Below are positions 33,377 through 36,990 of a stretch of DNA of 36,990 bases, one piece after another (position 1 is the stretch's first letter; every line of letters starts with the position of its first letter). The position numbers and the translations under genes were made by a program. The DNA lies in IMG/VR virus record IMGVR_UViG_3300028299_000012, positions 1 to 36,990 of that record, one strand, 5' to 3'. This DNA is from a virus (Duplodnaviria > Caudoviricetes). The notes below the pieces were generated by a model that searched no databases, was not told the DNA's origin, and saw nothing but the letters and a program-made list of their open reading frames with translations.

Positions 33377-35968
33377 ATGGCCACCCGCAACACCATCGCC
33401 GTCCAGATCGACGCCGAGACCGCGTCGGCTCACGCCAAGGTCAAACAGCTTGACTCGCAACTGCGTGCGCTGAAAACTGCCGGCGGTATAGGCGGGGCTG
33501 GAACCGGCCTGGTCAACATGCTTGGCAACTTGGGCGGCGGCACGGGGTCGCTAAAGAGCATGACCGGGCTGCTCGGGCTGGTGCCTGGGCTGTTCGGCGC
33601 AATCGGTACGGCCGGCAAGCTCGCATTCGGCGCAGTGAGTACCGTTGTACGCGGCGCGGCAAGCCTCATTTCCGGCGCGTTCAGTCTGGCGGTGACCGGC
33701 GCAAAGGTGCTGCTGGGCGGCCTGGCAGCGGCTACGGCAGCCACGTTTGCCGCGGTCTATGCCGGCATGAAGGCGCTGGCACCGGCCGCGGCAAAGGAGA
33801 TGTCTCTGGCCCAGTGGGACGTGCTGCTAGGCGGCATGGACAAGGCAAAGGCGCGGTTCCAGGAGCTGGAGACGTTCAACCTCGCCACGTCCTTCCAGAC
33901 CGAGGAAATCGACGCCGCTTCCCGCCAGATGCAGGTGTTCGGGTTCTACAGCCTGCGCAACCTGACCGCCATCGGCGACGCCGCAAGCGCGATGCACCGC
34001 AACATCGTGGACGCCGTAAGCCCGCTGGCCCGGCTGCGCCAGGGCAGCTTCCAACAGGAAATGATGGCCCCGCTCGGGCTGTCACGGGACATCCTGGCCC
34101 GCGAGGGCGTCAAGTTCGGCAAGCAAGGCAACATGATTACGCCTGGGCCGGAAGCGTTCGACGCGGTAATCGCCATGTGGGAACGCACCATGGGCGGCAT
34201 GGCGGCAAAGATGGCACTCACCTGGGAAGGCGTGCTGAGCAATATCAAAGACGCATGGACCCGGCTGTGGCAGTACGCGGGCGAGGGACCGCTGACCCGG
34301 ATCAAACCCGCGCTGACCGAGGTGTTCACGATCATCAATGCCATGGCCGACCGCTTCAAAGGCTTCGACCTGCCCTGGCTCGACAAGCTCACCGTGGGCC
34401 TGAAGGTGGCGGGCAAGCTCATGGAGGACCTGTCCGACGCCGGCAAGCGCGGCCGGGCCATGGAGTTGGGAACAGCCGCAGTCAAGGCCACTCCCGGCTA
34501 CCTGTTCGGCACAAAGAACGCGGCCACCGGCGAGCGCGAAGGCGGCATGGTGCAGGCGCTGGCGGCCGGGCTGGGCGCCGGCTTGAATAAGTTGTTGTTG
34601 GGCCTGCCTGTCGTGTTCGGGGTGCTTGGCAACATCCTCGCCGGGGCCTGGCGCTTTGGCGTGGCGCTGTTTGCCGAGGTATGGCATGGCCTGAGCATGG
34701 AACTGCGGGACAAACTGGTGGCGGCCATAAACCCGGCAGAAAGACTGCGCCAGCAGAGGGACTTCGGCATAGTCCTTGCGGACGAGGTGCAGCTTGCGGC
34801 AAGAGGCTTCCCCGAGCGGCGCAAGGCAGCAGACGAGTATGGCGAGTCGCTGGCGTTCGACCTGAAGTGGTTTGACGTTAACCCCCTACAGCATATCCGC
34901 GGCAAAAAGAGTACCGGGCTAAAGAAGGCCGGGTTCAACGTGCCCGGCATCATGGAGGCGGCAAACCAGCGTTGGGCGACCCAGCGCGGATATTCGACCG
35001 GTGCCGGCACCTACGGGCTGGGGACCGCCAAGGCCGAAGAGGTACGCATGCAGGCAGAGCAGGGCAAGGCGGCCGGGCCGCTGCTTGAGATTGCCAAGAG
35101 TGTCGGGACCGCGGTATGGGATGCCTACACCGCGAAGGCGCCAAACGCACCCGCGGAGTATTCGGCGCTGGCCACGTTTGCCGACCTGGGCGGGCGGACC
35201 AAGGTTGCAACACGCGAAGCGTCGGATGAGAAGTACTGGAAAGACTTCAACGCGCGCAACGATGCAGCCCGAGCTGCCACCAAGCCGCAGCGCAGTGCGG
35301 CGGGCGACTCGTCTGCGGCGGTCAGCAAGGAGCTTGGCGCGTTCTTCGGCCCTCTGGACGACATCATGTTCGGGCCGTTGAAAAAAAGCAACGCAGCGCT
35401 GGGCATGGAGGTATCGGCAAACACGGCAGAGGCACGGTCAAACACGAACGCCATCGGTGGCCTTGTCGGCGCCATGCAGGCGGCGGCGGTGGCCGGAGCC
35501 AAGAGCATAGGCATGCCGCCAGACTTTGCGGCGCAGATGGGGCGCACGCCTGGCCAACGTGCCAAGAAAGAGCGCGACCAGCGTCAGGACGCCGATATCA
35601 AGGAGAAGATGGGGCGTCTCGAAGCGGGTAAGGCGGTCAGCTTCACGACGCCGGAGAAGCGACGCATCAAAGAGCTTACCGGCAAGGACGTACCCAAGCC
35701 GGATTGGCAGATTGAACAGGAGCGGGTGCGCCCGTCCCCAACCCACAAGCCAGGCATGCCGGATCGGCCAGACCCCCGCCCCGTCAATCTTGGGCTTATG
35801 CGGCATATGGACCAAAGCCGCATTGACATGCGCGAAGACAACCCCGGCGGGCGCAAGGTCGCCGGCGGCTTCGAGACGATGCTGGCAGACTTCCGCAAAA
35901 TGACCATCAACGTGAACAGCATCATGCAGGCTCTAGACCGCATGTCCCGCATGCAGGCAATAGGGTAA
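33377..35968 (+). CDS. tail tape measure protein
   Basis: 863 aa, Ala/Gly-rich; ATSFQTEEI, TWEGVLSNIKDAW motifs; position. Confidence 0.85.
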   Translation: MATRNTIAVQIDAETASAHAKVKQLDSQLRALKTAGGIGGAGTGLVNMLGNLGGGTGSLKSMTGLLGLVPGLFGAIGTAGKLAFGAVSTVVRGAASLISGAFSLAVTGAKVLLGGLAAATAATFAAVYAGMKALAPAAAKEMSLAQWDVLLGGMDKAKARFQELETFNLATSFQTEEIDAASRQMQVFGFYSLRNLTAIGDAASAMHRNIVDAVSPLARLRQGSFQQEMMAPLGLSRDILAREGVKFGKQGNMITPGPEAFDAVIAMWERTMGGMAAKMALTWEGVLSNIKDAWTRLWQYAGEGPLTRIKPALTEVFTIINAMADRFKGFDLPWLDKLTVGLKVAGKLMEDLSDAGKRGRAMELGTAAVKATPGYLFGTKNAATGEREGGMVQALAAGLGAGLNKLLLGLPVVFGVLGNILAGAWRFGVALFAEVWHGLSMELRDKLVAAINPAERLRQQRDFGIVLADEVQLAARGFPERRKAADEYGESLAFDLKWFDVNPLQHIRGKKSTGLKKAGFNVPGIMEAANQRWATQRGYSTGAGTYGLGTAKAEEVRMQAEQGKAAGPLLEIAKSVGTAVWDAYTAKAPNAPAEYSALATFADLGGRTKVATREASDEKYWKDFNARNDAARAATKPQRSAAGDSSAAVSKELGAFFGPLDDIMFGPLKKSNAALGMEVSANTAEARSNTNAIGGLVGAMQAAAVAGAKSIGMPPDFAAQMGRTPGQRAKKERDQRQDADIKEKMGRLEAGKAVSFTTPEKRRIKELTGKDVPKPDWQIEQERVRPSPTHKPGMPDRPDPRPVNLGLMRHMDQSRIDMREDNPGGRKVAGGFETMLADFRKMTINVNSIMQALDRMSRMQAIG

Positions 35969-35975
35969 CACGACC

Positions 35976-36278
35976 ATGGCTTTCCTCACCGCAGGCGCTC
36001 CGAATACGGCAGAGGACGAAATCGGCCCGTGGTCAGAGTACGAGTACGGCTGGTATCTCTCGGGCGCCTGGACGTGGAGCCAGCAGAAGCGTGCGATTTC
36101 GACCTACCGCGTCTACTACGTCGTAGACGACACCGGCGGCGAGGTCCCAAACGCGACCTGGACCGTGGGCGCCGCAACCTACAATCTGCGCAGCTCCGGT
36201 CCCGAGCTGCAATACCTCGACAAGCGCGGCATCTATGTCTGCGTGTATGAGCTGATTGGCGATTGGACTCCGGTGTGA
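35976..36278 (+). CDS. putative distal tail protein
   Basis: Directly follows the tape measure gene; aromatic-rich. Confidence 0.55.
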   Translation: MAFLTAGAPNTAEDEIGPWSEYEYGWYLSGAWTWSQQKRAISTYRVYYVVDDTGGEVPNATWTVGAATYNLRSSGPELQYLDKRGIYVCVYELIGDWTPV

Positions 36279-36279
36279 C

Positions 36280-36870
36280 ATGGCCATCCGTGAACGCGTC
36301 AAAGATAACTGGATTGCCAAGAACAGGATGTTCTGGCCAATCTCGCAGGCCCTCAACCGCGCGGCAAAATGGTGTAACGGTTTCGACGCGCGCCCGCCGC
36401 TGATCGTAACGGGCGTAGGCTATGGCGTCCATTTGACATTCGAGCCCTGGGAGACGCCCTTTACTCACCCGTGGCGGGCCTACAGCAGCGAGACTTCCGG
36501 CAAGATCAACGTTCGCGGTGGAACCGTCAACGACGGCTATTCTCTCAATGTCGTTACCGCGCTGAGCAATGAGACGCCCAGCGACGGGTGGAAATGCTGG
36601 CTGCGGGTCAAACACTATTACGATACGACGGTGGCGAGCGAGTACGTCCTGGTCACGGGTACGGGCGCCTGGCCCACAGACACCCACAATTCGACTGCCA
36701 TGGAAGTGATTCAGAAGGCGGCCGAGATCGACGGCACTACGCTATATCAGTATCTGTATGAGGACCAGTTCATACCGCGCATCAATCCGCCGCTGCCAAG
36801 CACTTCCAACGTGTGGTTTCTGACGGCGATCAATGGCGTGATCCAATGGGTGCAATCGGGGACGTGCTGA
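36280..36870 (+). CDS. putative tail protein
   Basis: Coupled to the previous ORF; HPWRA motif. Confidence 0.55.
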   Translation: MAIRERVKDNWIAKNRMFWPISQALNRAAKWCNGFDARPPLIVTGVGYGVHLTFEPWETPFTHPWRAYSSETSGKINVRGGTVNDGYSLNVVTALSNETPSDGWKCWLRVKHYYDTTVASEYVLVTGTGAWPTDTHNSTAMEVIQKAAEIDGTTLYQYLYEDQFIPRINPPLPSTSNVWFLTAINGVIQWVQSGTC

Positions 36871-36876
36871 GGACGT

Positions 36877-36990
36877 ATGAGCCAGCCGTGGACCATATCG
36901 CACAGCGGCCAGACGTTTGCGCTGGTGAATGGCGACGGCGCGCCGGTGTACGATGACCACTGCTGTTGCTCGCAATCTCCTAGCCCGAGC
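36877..36990 (+). CDS. 5' part of a putative tail protein (truncated by the window)
   Basis: GAGG RBS; MSQPWTISHSGQTFALVNGDGAPVYDDHCCCS... Confidence 0.5.
   Translation, partial: MSQPWTISHSGQTFALVNGDGAPVYDDHCCCSQSPSPS

Overview
A GC-rich tailed-phage or prophage segment with essentially all genes on the + strand. Order: end of a late or lysis-like block (1-2595) closed by a Rho-independent terminator. An early region follows, with many small ORFs, a PD-(D/E)XK exonuclease plus RecT-like recombinase, and a replication initiator preceded by two C4-like antisense hairpin modules. Next come an accessory region with four 59-60 bp attC-like sites, a small endonuclease, and a direct-repeat-bounded cassette (RAMP/Cas7-like gene, partner gene, GGC-NN pentamer array). 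Then FkbM-like MTase, ParB-like protein, putative late regulator, TerS and PBSX-type TerL. A Mu-like head module follows (DUF935 portal fused to a topoisomerase IB domain, protease I, decoration protein, MTase-glycosyltransferase fusion, gpT capsid, gp36). It ends with a sheathless tail module containing a -1 frameshift chaperone pair, a displaced MuF-metallopeptidase gene and the tape measure gene. No integrase, transposase, reverse transcriptase or canonical CRISPR array was seen. Top candidates for novel biology: the RAMP-like protein with its segmented GGC-NN array (putative RNA-guided system), the portal-TopIB fusion with a tiny acidic partner, and the phage-borne attC-like cassette cluster. 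All family assignments come from motif recognition by eye, not from database searches.
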